Below the pieces are notes generated by a model. The model was not told the origin of the DNA. It searched no databases and was given only the letters and a program-made list of their open reading frames with translations. The position numbers and the translations under genes are program-made. From Macrostomum hystrix (lineage: Eukaryota > Animalia > Platyhelminthes): a DNA stretch of 64,000 nucleotides. The first letter of the stretch is position 1; each line of letters begins with the position of its first letter. Of this stretch, positions 11,290 through 24,420 are shown piece after piece. The DNA lies in contig CATNEN010000027.1 in NCBI GenBank assembly GCA_950097015.1, positions 124,001-188,000 of the forward strand, written 5' to 3'.

Positions 11290-12710
11290 TAGAGGAACAG
11301 AGTTAGGGGATGATAGTTTGGGGATTAGAGTTTGGGGACGAGCGTTAGGGGATGATAGTTTGTGGATTAGAGTTTGGGGACGAGCGTTAGGGGATGATAG
11401 TTTGCGGATTAGAGTTTGGGGACGAGCGTTAGGGGATGATAGTTTGGGGATTAGAGTTTGGGGACGAGCGTTAGGGGATGATAGTTAGGGGATGACATGA
11501 GTTTGGGGGTTAGAGTTTGGGGACGAGCGTTAGGGGATGATAGTTAGGGGATGACAGTTTGGGGATGACAGTTAGAGGATGATAGTTAGGGGATTAGAGT
11601 TTGGGGACGAGCGTTAGGGGATGATAGTTAGGGGATTAGAGTTTGGGGACGAGCGTTAGGGGATGATAGTTAGGGGATAACAGTTTGGGGATGACAGTTA
11701 GAGGATGATAGTTAGGGGATGAGAGGTAGGGGATTAGAGTTTGGGGACGAGCGTTAGGGGATGATAGTTAGGGGATAACAGTTTGGGGATGATAGTTAGA
11801 GGATGATAGTTAGGGGATGATAGTTAGGGGATGATAGTTAGGGGATGATAGTTAGGGGATGAGAGGTAGGGGATGATAGTTAGGGGATGATAGTTAGAGG
11901 ATGATAGTTAGAGGATGATAGTTAGGGGATGATAGTTAGAGGATGATAGTTAGGGGATGATAGTTAGGGGATGATAGTTAGGGGATGATAGTTAGAGGAT
12001 GATAGTTAGTGGATGATAGTTAGGGGATGATAGTTAGAGGATGATAGTTAGAGGATGATAGTTAGGGGATGATAGTTAGAGGATGATAGTTAGGGGATGA
12101 TAGTTAGGGGATGATAGTTAGAGGATGATAGTTAGAGGATGATAGTTAGGGGATGATAGTTAGAGGATGATAGTTAGAGGATGATAGTTAGGGGATGATA
12201 GTTAGAGGATGATAGTTAGAGGATGATAGTTAGGGGATGAGAGGTAGGGGATGATAGTTAGAGGATGATAGTTAGAGGATGATAGTTAGAGGATGATAGT
12301 TAGGGGATGATAGTTAGGGGATGATAGTTAGGGGATGATAGTTAGAGGATGATAGTTAGGGGATGATAGTTAGGGGATGATAGTTAGGGGATGATAGTTA
12401 GAGGATGATAGTTAGGGGATGATATTTAGGGGATGATAGTTAGGGGATGATAGTTAGAGGATGATAGTTAGGAGATGAGAGGTAGGGGATGAGAGGTAGG
12501 GGATGATAGTTAGGGGATGAGAGGTAGGGGATGATAGTTAGGGGATGAGAGGTAGGGGATGAGAGGTAGGGGATGAGAGGTAGGGGATGATAGTTAGGGG
12601 ATGAGAGGTAGGGGATGAGAGGTAGGGGATGAGAGGTAGGGGATGAGAGGTAGGGGATGAGAGGTAGGGGATGAGAGGTAGAGGATGAGAGGTAGAGGAT
12701 GGGAGGTACA
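11290..12710. repeat. G-rich 14-bp minisatellite containing TTAGGG
   Basis: GTTAGGGGATGATA and variants, preceded by longer compound units. Confidence 0.93.
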
Positions 12711-13739
12711 AGGTATTTATGTCCAGCTAAAAGGCAGCTATTGTGAGATTCTAGTTCTGATGGCCCACCCAAAAAACTGCATTGAAAGTTCTGCTTCACA
12801 CTGATTGTGTGCCACGATCGCCAAGGAAAGGTGGCTGGAGCTGCGCCACCCACCCAATTGAATATTTCAACAGTTCCCAGGTTAAGAGGGCCCAGCAGAT
12901 ACCAAGCCTGATCATCTGTCTCATCACAGGCTGCGTGTGTGTGCACTGGAAACAGTAAAAAATGCATGAAATATGCAGTCATGGAGACTAGTTATCTCTA
13001 CTACCTGGCCATTGGTGAAGGTGGTTGAGCTGAGTCGCATATGGTACGAAAGGCTCAGACTTTTAAATTTTCACTCTGTCTCCCTCTCTCTCCTCACCTG
13101 TCTCTCTAATTCAACTGGGGAATAGCTTGAAAACTTGAAAATTCAATATTAACGGCGGAAAAACTTTTCCCATAATGAGGATTTCGTCTAATTTGTTGTT
13201 TTATCCCATATGATAAGGTGAAGCTTTATTGGGCCTGTTTTAAAACTCTATTATATAACTCTCTGCTGCTGCCGCTGCTGTTGCATTGTGAGCGGGGTCC
13301 ACTTTATTATCCGATAGGGGATCTAAACTGCCAATGTTGCAGCACTAAAGAAGCATTCCCCAATCTGACACGGGACGCCGCGCAGTAAGGGTCTCGTATT
13401 TTCCTCTCTGCCGCTTCATTTAATCAATGGATTTTTTCGCATCAATCCACTCGCGTCCATTCTCCGATGCGGCTATGAACTCACTTGCAATCAAATATCC
13501 CTTGGAAGAGACGATATCCCACTCCTCGGGGCAGTTAGGGACACGCAGATTCAATAGAAAACTCAAAGCCAAGATGCCATCTAAGCATCCCAACATTGAG
13601 GATCTTGGCAGATTCCAGTCTAAGAATCTCCTAGAGATTGGTCGGATTCCAGTAGTATAATCGATACAAATTCGGCAGATTCCTGTGTAAAAGGTTGGGC
13701 GGATTCCCTACTTTGACAAGGCTGATTCTAGTAATATAT

Positions 13740-14925
13740 TTTATAGATATTGGGCGGATTCCAGCGTAAGATCCCTGCTGTAGATTGGGCGGATTCCAGT
13801 TTAATAATCCGCTAGAGATTGGTCGAATTCTAGTTTAATAATCCGCTAGAGATTGGGCGGATTCCAGTTTAATATTCCGCTAGAGATTGGGCGGATTCCA
13901 GTTTAATAATCCGCTGGAGATTGGGCGGATTCCAGTTTAATAATCCGCTGTACATTGGGCAGATTCCAGTTTAATAATCCGCTGGAGATTGGGCGGATTC
14001 CAGTTTAATAATCCGCTGTACATTGGGCAGATTCCAGTTTAATAATCCGCTGGAGATTGGGCGGATTCCAGTTTAATAATCCGCTAGAGATTGGGCAGAT
14101 TCCAGTTTAATAATCCGCTAGAGATTGGTCGAATTCTAGTTTAATAATCCGCTAGAGATTGGGCGGATTCCAGTTTAATATTCCGCTAGAGATTGGGCGG
14201 ATTCCAGTTTAATAATCCGCTGGAGATTGGGCGGATTCCAGTTTAATAATCCGCTGTACATTGGGCAGATTCCAGTTTAATAATCCGCTGGAGATTGGGC
14301 GGATTCCAGTTTAAAAATCCGCTAGAGATTGGGCAGATTCCAGTTTAATAATCCGCTGGAGATTGAGCGGATTCCAGTTTAATAATCCGCTGTACATTGG
14401 GCAGATTCCAGTTTAATAATCCGCCGGAGATTGGGCGGATTCCAGTTTAAAATTCCGCTGGAGATTGGGCAGATTCCAGTTTAATAATCTGCTAGAGATT
14501 GGGCAGATTCCAGTTTAATAATCCGCTGGAGATTGAGCGGATTCCAGTTTAATAATCCGCTGGAGATTGAGCGGATTCCAGTTTAATAATCCGCTAGAGA
14601 TTGGTCGGATTCGAGTTTAATAATCCGCTGGAGATTGGGCAGATTCCAGTTTAATAATCTGCTAGAGATTGGGCGGATTCCAGTTTAATAATCCGCTGGA
14701 GATTGGGCGGATTCCAGTTTAAAAATCTTCTAGAGATTGGGCGGATTCCAGTTTAATAATCTGCTAGAGATTGGGCAGATTCCAGTTTAATAATCCGCTA
14801 CAGATTGGGCGAATTCCAGTTTAATAATCTGCTAGAGATTGGGCAGATTCCAGTTTAATAATCCGCTACGGATTGGGCGGATTCCAGTTTAATAATCCGC
14901 TGGAGATTGGGCGGATTCCAGTCTA
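13740..14925. repeat. 33-bp minisatellite with internal hairpin
   Basis: GAGATTGGGCGGATTCCAGTTTAATAATCCGCT; GCGGATT/AATCCGC stem. Confidence 0.94.
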
Positions 14926-14985
14926 GGAATCTCTCAGCGAACGGGTTACAAAGATACGAGAAGGCATCTCGGAGTTAATCATTAC

Positions 14986-15067
14986 CTGTCGACAGTTGCA
15001 TATGACAGCAAAGCAGGTGCACCAGAAGTAGTAGAGGCGCTGACGATGCGGAGCACCTTGATTTCAT
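14986..15067 (-). CDS. Dpr/ZIG-8-like two-Ig protein, exon 1 (signal peptide)
   Basis: ATG at 15067 gives MKSRCSASSAPLLLLVHLLCCHMQLSTG, a hydrophobic signal-like peptide. Donor G|gtaatg is phase 1 and joins exon 7627 in frame. Confidence 0.7.
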
Positions 15068-15759
15068 TTCTTTTATTAAAAAGCAGAAAATGCCAGGCAA
15101 TAAGATTCAGTTGGCATGCAAGTTAGTCTCCAAGTGTCTCTTTTATCAGTCGCTTGCATGGTCTTAGCAATAAACCTGAGAGCCAATCAGGCAGGGCCCG
15201 GGGAGTGTGGTGAGACCGAATGCAAATGGATAGGCTACTGAACTATAGCAAAGACAGCAAAAGACGAAGAGAAGGCCAGTGCAATTCTCACCTATTTCTT
15301 CGTCTCATGAAGTGTCGCGACTGCTTATCTTGCTCTTCATTTTCTGTTGCCGAGGTTCAGCTGTGGCTCTTTTGTGCTCTCAATTCAATACCTGCTTCAA
15401 TTTAAACTTTATTTTGTTTTTCTTCCTGTTCTGTTCTGTTGCTCTTTGAGCTAATTTTAAACGAAGCTTTGTTTAAGACGCGACAGACCAACGAAGGCTA
15501 GTCAAATTATAATCTTTTTTTTCTTAAACAAAATTTTTCTTTTTTATCCTTATAGGCAGAATTCTCTGTTCTTTTTGCCAGGGTTTTGCATGAAACTTGA
15601 TATTTACTGTATAAGTTTCATAGCTCTCATTTTTGATAGAAACTATGGAATTGACAATTCCATAGTCAAACAACGCGATAAAAGATTACAAATAGTAATT
15701 TTATTAAACACTAAGATTTAAACCGGATTTACAAGCTGTTTACCACAAGCTGCTTTTCT

Positions 15760-16300
15760 CATATGTATCTCACATATGTCTCACAGCTATCTCACACATG
15801 TCTCATATTTATCTCACATATGTCGCGTTGAGATCTCGCAGCTGTCTCATATTTATCATATTTATCTCACAGCTATTTCACAGCTGTCTCATAGAGATCT
15901 CGCAGCAGTCTTATTGAGATCTCGCAGTAGTCTTCTTGAGATCTCACATCTGTCTCATATTTATCTCACATCTGTCTCATATTTATCTCACATCTGTCTC
16001 ATATTTATCTCACATCTGTCTCATATTTATCTCACATCTGTCTCATATTTATCTCACATCTGTCTCATATTTATCTCACATCTGTCTCATATTTATCTCA
16101 CAACTGTCTCATATTTATCTCAAAGCTATCTCACATTTGTCTCATATTTATCTCAAAGCTATCTCATATTATCTCAAATCTATCTCACAGCTTTCTCATA
16201 TTTTATCTCACAGCTATCTCACATTTGTCTCATATTTATCTCGCAGCAGTCTTCTTGAGATCTCGCATCTGTCTCATTGAGATCTCATAGCTATCTCGTT
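15760..16300. repeat. 22-bp minisatellite
   Basis: ATATTTATCTCACATCTGTCTC. Confidence 0.9.
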
Positions 16301-17019
16301 TCTCTCATGGCTGTCTCACTGTTTTCTCTAACTTTTGGCAGCTTCAGAAATCTGCTATGGTATTTCACGCATAGTGGATTGTCCTTTAAAAGCTTCTTGC
16401 AGCAGAAAAATACTTGAATTCCTAGAAATGCAATTGATTTTCTGTCGCCATAGTTTTCACAGTCGAATGAGCTCACGCCACAGTCGCTAGGCAGAAGTTG
16501 AATGTTTTTTTTCAAATCGAACTGCATTAACAGGCATAGGTTAGTAAGACTGGCTGGCCCACATGTCAATCAAACCGACACAGAGAACATCAACAGAAAA
16601 ATGTTAATTTATTGATTGAAAATTATTTTCATGTATATTCACTTAGTATTCACTTTCTGGCTTAGTTTTCGTCATAGTGCTTCGTCGAAAATGAGAAATT
16701 ATGCCATTTTAACAGCCGACGAAATATGGTTCACATTTTTATCACTCCATTGCATTTACGCGTTTCTTTCGTGGGATTCCAATAACAATTTATTTGCCAA
16801 TATCTATAGATAGATAATTTGCATCACTTAGCACAAAATTAATTACAGTCAGATTCAGCATGCAGATTATATAAAAATTGGGTCAAAGAATTTATGAAGA
16901 CAATATTGGACCGCCTGTCAATACAAACAACTATTATAACCAGCAGTGTACGCCTCAGAAAATAATTTCTGAGAACCTGTGCCGCTTCGTCGATTTAAAC
17001 GACTCTTTCCAAACTCATT

Positions 17020-17510
17020 TCAACCTCTCCTCTCTTCTCCTCTACCTCTTCTCTTCTCATCTCCCTCCTGTCTTCCCCCTTCACCTCTTCCCCTCCCACT
17101 CCTCTCTTCCCCTCTCACTCCTCTCTTCCCATCTCACTCCTCTCTTCCCATCTCACTCCTCTCTTACCATCTCACTCCTCTCTTCCCATCTCACTCCTCT
17201 CTTCCCCTCTCACTCCTCTCTTCCCATCTCACTCCTCTCTTCCCATCTCACTCCTCTCTTCCCATCTCACTCCTCTCTTCCCATCTCCTCTCTTCCCATC
17301 TCACTCCTCTCTTCCCTCTCACTCCTCTCTTCCCATCTCACTCCTCTCTTCCCTCTCACTCCTCTCTTCCCCTCTCACTCCTCTCTTCCCATCTCACTCC
17401 TCTCTTCCATCTCACTCCTCTCTTCCCTTTCACTCCTCTCTTCCCCTCTCCTCTCTTCCCCTCTCACTCCTCTCTTCCCCTCTCACTCCTCTTTTTCCCT
17501 CTCCTCTCTC
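17020..17510. repeat. 19-bp pyrimidine minisatellite
   Basis: CTCACTCCTCTCTTCCCAT. Confidence 0.9.
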
Positions 17511-17789
17511 CCATTTTTTCCTATTTTTCTCCTCAATTATCTTGTATTTGAGTCAATGGCTTTTATGGCAATACAGTAACATAGATAGACAAAGCAAGCC
17601 TTAGAGAACCGCTACTAATTATTGGAATAATGTGACAGCAGATAATTTAGTTCTTGCTTTGTATGAGTCCTGATCAAGAGTTGTCTAAACTTAAACCGAC
17701 TCAAAAAAGATTTCTAACGAATTTTTTTACAGTCCCTAGAATACCCTTCTCTACCCTCACATTCCTTCTCAATCATATAATCCCTTCTA

Positions 17790-17975
17790 TCCGTTAATCC
17801 CTTCTCTACCCTATAATCCGTTCTCTATCCTATAATCCGTTCTCTACCCTATAATCCGTTCTCTACCCTATAATCCGTTCTCTACCCTATAATCCGTTCT
17901 CTACCCTATAATCCGTTCTCTACCCTATAATCCGTTCTCTACCCTATAATCCGTTCTCTACCCTATAATCCTTTT
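17790..17975. repeat. 19-bp minisatellite
   Basis: CCCTATAATCCGTTCTCTA. Confidence 0.9.
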
Positions 17976-18374
17976 CTACCCGCAAACCCTTTCACCACTC
18001 GCAATCCCTCAGTCTCGCAGGCCAGCTACAACAACTGTCCTGCAGGCCAGCTGTCGTTGAGTTCAGGTAATCGCCCAAACACGGGGCACGATGGCCACGC
18101 AAAGCTGCTACTTGCACACGGAATCTGCAAGCGAACATTCGCAAGGGGACGCGTTTGCAGCTGTGCAGAATATTTCAATTCTAAAATGGAGAAGTACGCT
18201 TCTCCTTAAATTATTGGAACACACTAAATGCAACCTACCTGCAGTTCCAGTGCTCTGCGTGAAGAGAAGCATGAAAAGGAAATAAAATGAAAGTATTGTT
18301 AATTTTCTCGAAATTTCGCTACAGACTACTAGTTTAGCTCATAAGTAGTGCACTCAGGTTGATAAAAAAAACAA

Positions 18375-18687
18375 TTAACGGAGCTGGCAGTATCCATACC
18401 CAGTCAGGGCAGCTGTTAGCTCAGGGGTTGACTGCAGGCAAGCAGTTGCCAGTGTGTATGCTGGTATTGCTTGCTGACTGAACTGCTGCATCTGCTGCTG
18501 CTGTTGCAGAATCTGATGCTGCACGATCTGACTGCTCAGTTGATGATTAATTGAGGGCCTGATAGACGAAGCTGCCGCAGTCGCCGCCGATGCAGCTGCT
18601 GCAATTGCCGCTACTGAATTCTGTGGAGCTGCTAGGGCCGACATCAGCGCCCTCGCTGGCACAGTGCAGCCCGCCAGCGGGGAGTAG
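18375..18687 (-). CDS. ELAVL: ELAV-like exon 4 (hinge RYSP motif, Ala/Gln-rich tail)
   Basis: catcgcag|C TAC TCC gives RYSPLAG, like the ELAV hinge RF/YSP; reads to TAA at 18375. A possible internal donor GG|gtatgg lies near 18400. Confidence 0.7.
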
Positions 18688-18764
18688 CTGCGATGGGATG
18701 GCGAGGTAACAAATCCTTCAACTGAACACTTCATCGACTTCAAAACTTCTAGACCTAGAGTTCA

Positions 18765-19720
18765 TCCCATAAAATAACAACCCCACAAAATTCCAACCCC
18801 ACAGAGCTCCAACCCCACAGAGCTTCTACCCCACAGAACTCCAACCCCACAAAACTCCAACCCCACAAAACCCCAACCCCACAAAACCCCAACCCCACAA
18901 AACTCCAACCCCACAAAACCCCAACCCCACAAAACTCCAATCCCACAAAACTCCAACCCCACAAAACCCCAACCCCACAAAACTCCAACCCCACAAAACC
19001 CCAACCCCACAAAACTCCAACCCCACAAAACCCCAACCCCACAAAACTCCAATCCCACAAAACTCCAACCCCACAAAACCCCAACCCCACAAAACTCCAA
19101 CCCCACAAAACCCCAACCCCACAAAACTCCAACCCCACAAAACCCCAACCCCACAAAACCCCAACCCCACAAAACTCCAACCCCACAAAACCCCAACCCC
19201 ACAAAACTCCAACCCCACAAAATTCGAACCCCACAAAATTCCAACCCCACAAAATTCCAACCCCACAAAATTCCAACCCCACAGAGCTCCAACCCCACGG
19301 AGCTCCAACCACAAAAAATTCCAACTCCACAAAACTCCAACCCTACAGAGCTCCAATTACACAAAATTCCAACCTCACAGAGCTCCAACCCCACAAAACT
19401 CCAACCACATAAAACTCCAACCCCACAGAGCTCCAACCTCACATAACTCCAACCCCTCAAAACTCCAACCCATAAAACTCCAACCCCACAAAACTCCAAC
19501 CCCACAGAGCTCCAACCCCCCAAAACTCCAACCCCAAAACTCCATCCCCTCAAAACTCCAACCCCACTAAACTCCAACCCCACAAAACTCCAACCCCACA
19601 AAACTCCAACCCCACAAAACTCCAACCCATAAAACTCCAACCCCACAAAACTCCAACCCATAAAACTCCAACCCCATAAAACTCCAACCCTAAAAAACTC
19701 CAACCCCAAAAAGACTCGAA
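18765..19720. repeat. 16-bp minisatellite in ELAV intron 3
   Basis: CCAACCCCACAAAACT; source of the long W/G/V/F-rich spurious ORFs. Confidence 0.94.
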
Positions 19721-20244
19721 CCCAAAGTAAATATTGGTAAGAAAACTTTTTAGGTAAGAAGAAAAAAATGACTTAAATAAAGAGTCCTAAATCACTATCA
19801 GTTTAACTAATTCGGTTCAGTTTAGCACACAAGCTGACGATATTAACAACTGTAAATCAAAGCGTTTAAAATAAAAAGAATTAACTTAATCCCACTTAAG
19901 CTACTAAAAAAACACCCAAGAGAGCTTTTAAAACTCATTTAACTGATATCATTGACGGATATCATTGATAGCAATCATGACTTAAACAACTTAATTGAAA
20001 TGCACTAAACACAACTACAAACAAAACAATCTGATTGAATGTACACTTTTCTTAAAATCGGTGAAAATATATAAAACTGAAAGATTTTGTCTCAGACGTT
20101 GAAATTAAAAGAGTAACAAACATGTGATTTAAGTGCGACTCACAATTACCTGTGTTAGAAGCTTGCAACACTGCAGCAAAAAATGACCAGTGTCATTAAT
20201 GATGAATTAATCCTATAGTGAAACATATAGCAAAAATATAAAAT

Positions 20245-20745
20245 AAGACTCGATGGTTAAAGGACTCGATCGTTGAAGGACTCGATGGTTGAAGGACGCG
20301 ATGGCTGAAGGACTCGATTGCTGAAGGACTCAATAATTGAAGGACTCGATGGCTGAAGGACTCGATGGCTGAAGGACTCGATGGCTGAAGGACTCGATGG
20401 CTGAAGGACTCGATGGCTGAAGGACTCAATAATTGAAGGACTCGATGGCTGAAGGACTCGATGGTTGAAGGACTCGATGGTTGAAGGACTCGATGGTTGA
20501 AGGACTCGATGGTTGAAGGACTCGATGGTTGAAGGACTCGATGGTTGAAGGACTCGATGGTTGAAGGACTCGATGGCTGAAGGACTCGATGGTTGAAGGA
20601 CGCGATGGCTGAAGGACTCGATGGTTGAAGGACTCGATGGTTGAAGGACTCGATGGTTGAAGGACTCGATAGTTGAAGGACTCGATGGCTGAAGGACTCG
20701 ATGGCTGAAGGACTCGATGGTTGAAGGACTCGATGGTTGAAAGAC
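20245..20745. repeat. 16-bp minisatellite in ELAV intron 3
   Basis: GAAGGACTCGATGGTT. Confidence 0.93.
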
Positions 20746-20782
20746 TAAGATCGTAAGATCGTCAGGTTATTGACTGTCTCAC

Positions 20783-21047
20783 CGCATCCGCATGGTGGCA
20801 GCCAGATGGTGCAAAGGTCCTGCGCCACGCCTGCCGCTGCCGCCGCCGCCTGTCAGCGCCTGATGACATGCCAGTAGAGCCAGTCCGGAGGACTTTCCGC
20901 TGCCGCCGCCTCCGCCGGGTGAGTTGGCGAATTTTACGGTCACGGGTTCGACTCCGCCGTCTGGCACGTAGCCGTTCAGCTGGCGAATAGCAAGTTCAGC
21001 CTCCGAGCGCTGATCGAACCTGATGAAACCAACTCCCTTGGAGAGGC
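20783..21047 (-). CDS. ELAVL: ELAV-like exon 3 (RRM2 C-half, hinge)
   Basis: cctcag|GLSKGVGFIRFDQRSEAELAIRQLNGYVP...EPVTVKFANSP...MR|gtgag. Confidence 0.92.
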
Positions 21048-21062
21048 CTGAGGACGGTTTTA

Positions 21063-21735
21063 GAGTGGAGCACAGAATGTTGAGAAGCAGAGCACAGAAT
21101 GTTTGAGAACTAGAGCACAGAATGTTTGAGAACTAGAGCACAGAATGTTTGAGAAATGGACAACAGAATGTTTGAGAAGTGGACAACAGACTGTTGAGAA
21201 GTGGACAACCGAATTTTTGAGAAGTAGAGCACTAAATGTTTGAGAAGTGGACAACAGAATGTTTGAGAAGTGGACAACAGTATGTTTGAGAAGTGGACAA
21301 CAGAATGTTGAGAAGTGGACAGCAGAATGTTTCAGAAGTAGAGCACAGAATGTTTGAGAAATGGACAACAGAATGTTTGAGAAGTGGACAACAGAATTTT
21401 TGAGAAGTAGACAACAGAATGTTTGAGAAGTGGACAACAGAATTTTTGAGAAGTGGACAACCGAATTTTTGAGAAGTGGACAACAGAATGTTTCAGAAGT
21501 GGACAACAGACTGTTTGAGAAGTGGACAACAGACTGTTTGAGAAGTGGACAACAGAATGTTTGAGAAGTGGACAACAGACTGTTTGAGAAGTGGACAACA
21601 GAATGTTTGAGAAGTGGACAACAGACTGTTCTAGAAGTGGACAACAGAATGTTTGAGAAGTGGACAACAGAATGTTTGAGAAGTGGACAACAGACTGTTG
21701 AGAAGTGGACAACAGAATGTTGAGAAGTGGATATT
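21063..21735. repeat. 23-bp minisatellite filling ELAV intron 2
   Basis: GAGAAGTGGACAACAGAATGTTT. Confidence 0.93.
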
Positions 21736-21783
21736 TAAACCGTGACGTGAACATTTGAGCTTTGATGGCTGCAGAGCGGTCTA

Positions 21784-22125
<342 letters not shown>

Positions 22126-22149
22126 TCAAGACCAGAATACACTGGGGCT

Positions 22150-23090
22150 ATGAATCTTCAGGACACTGAACTTTTGAATCTTCAGGACACTGAACTAGAA
22201 ATCTTCAGGATACTAAACTAGAAATCTTCAGGACACTGAACTTTTGAATCTTCAGGACACTGAACTAGAAATCTTCAGGATACTAAACTAGAAATCTTCA
22301 GGACACTGAACTTTTGAATCTTCAGGATACTGAACTAGAAATCTTCAGGATACTAAACTAGAAATCTTCAGGACACTGAACTTTTGAATCTTCAGGATAC
22401 TGAACTAGAAATCTTCAGGATACTAAACTAGAAATCTTCAGGACACTGAACTTTTGAATCTTCAGGATACTGAACTAGAAATCTTCAGGATACTAAACTA
22501 GAAATCTTCAGGACACTGAACTTTTGAATCTTCAGGATACTGAACTAGAAATCTTCAGGATACTAAACTAGAAATCTTCAGGACACTGAACTTTTGAATC
22601 TTCAGGATACTGAACTAGAAATCTTCAGGATACTAAACTAGAAATCTTCAGGACACTGAACTTTTGAATCTTCAGGATACTGAACTAGAAATCTTCAGGA
22701 TACTAAACTAGAAATCTTCAGGACACTGAACTTTTGAATCTTCAGGATACTGAACTAGAAATCTTCAGGATACTAAACTAGAAATCACCAGGACACTGAA
22801 CTATGAATCTTCAGGATACTGAACTATGAATCATCAGGACACTGAACTATGAATCTTCAGGACACTGAACTATGAATCTTTAGGACACTGAACTATGAAT
22901 CTTCAGGACACTGAACTATGAATCTTCAGGACACTGAACTATGAATCTTCAGGACACTGAACTATGAATCTTCAGGACACTGAACTTTGAATCTTCAGGA
23001 CACTGAACTATGAATCTTCAGGACACTGAACTTTGAATCTTCAGAACATTGAATTATGAATCATCAGGACACTGAACTATGAATCATCAG
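22150..23090. repeat. 23-bp minisatellite with 70-bp higher-order repeat
   Basis: GAATCTTCAGGACACTGAACTAT variants; CTTTTGAATC recurs at 22381, 22451, 22521. Confidence 0.92.
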
Positions 23091-24093
23091 ACTAAAATGT
23101 CGAAAAAACAAAGAGTTCTGTACATCAGAACTTTAAATCAATTGAAGGATTAAAATCAGGGAACATTCGTGACCAATGGATGAGAAATCAAATAAAGCTG
23201 AGAATAGCAGTATTTGAGCAGTTCGCAACTGTGAGCACAGACTTTGAGCATACAGTTTAGCCCCGCTGATTGGACCTGTCAGCAACTGCTGATTTCGTTC
23301 GGCAAAAATGTTTTTTTTAACTTGAACATCAGGAAGTGGCGACAGGCAGCAAGCTTGACAAAGCCCAGCTGTCATGCTTAATTAGATATACGGAAATGGT
23401 ACGTCGCCACGCTGCAATGCTTTTCATTTTCCCTCTTCTTTTGCGAGTTAGTGAGTTTTCTACCTTGATTCAAACTCCTCAGCCCTGTTAGTTTCTTGGA
23501 AGATTAATCCGAATGCCTCGTTGGTATCTGCGTGCTATTATCCCAGTTTGGACAGGGAGTCCCAGAAGGACAGGATGACATTGGGATCAGAGCAAGCCGC
23601 TGACCGCCTTAGAGAAGGGTTTCGGGGCCAATTTACATAAAATTTGCATCTCGAAATGAGAATCTCCCACTATTTCTCCCCTCCCCTATGTATGGAGGCC
23701 CTCGGAAGGGGGTGGCGGCTGGGAACACTCGAGCTAGACACATCGAAATCTTGTACATCTCCCACCGCGGTTCCATGTTCATCCGCCTTCACCTTCTATA
23801 GAAGACGGCAAATAAACCGATAACTATTGGCTTGGCGATGAACACTTTATTTGCTGGAGATTCACGTCAGCCAGGTAATTTATGCTTTCTTGGAAATTCT
23901 CCCTATTTCATTTCCGGTTAGCCAGCGTTGAGCAGTCTTCGAGTAGTCCGACAACATAGAATTACAGAAATTCTATGGGATTAACGATTGGCTCAATGCG
24001 ACTCGATATTCTAGGAAAGCTGGACAGCAGTGCTGTCAATTGTCGACTACTACTACTATTACCACTACTAATAGTACTTCTACTTATACTAAT

Positions 24094-24420
24094 GCGTTTG
24101 CTTGTTGCACCAAGGTGCCGAAGTTCGATTCCGCGGCGAGGCCACATTCATTTGGGGCGCAGCCGCGAAGAGAAGGCTTGGGGGCTTGTCGTGCAATTTA
24201 CGCCTCTGGGGGCCAACCCCAAGGTACAGATGGGATCAGGGATGAGGTCAGATGAACACACCTGCAGGGTGTGTACCTGCCTTTGATTATCTGTGGGTGT
24301 GTCGTGTGTGGGTATATGTGTGGTGTCAGGAGTCAACGGAATGGGCAGACTTGCCTCTAGTTTTGCTTTAACTTAATAATCTGCCAATGCCCACAGCCCT
24401 CCTGTAAATATTATTATTCT
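24094..24420 (+). mobile_element. SINE family A, copy 2 (5'-truncated)
   Basis: Shares GTTCGATTCCGCGGCGAGGCCACATTCATTTGG, GAGAAGGCTTGGGG and TCAGGAGTCA with copy 1. Confidence 0.75.

Noticed and set aside
13740-14925. CRISPR array (33-bp palindromic repeats)
   Set aside because: Units are directly adjacent with no unique spacers, there are no cas genes, and the context is a eukaryotic intron.
18755-19709. Long W/G/V/F-rich ORFs (191-315 aa)
   Set aside because: They are translations of the 16-bp array inside ELAV intron 3.
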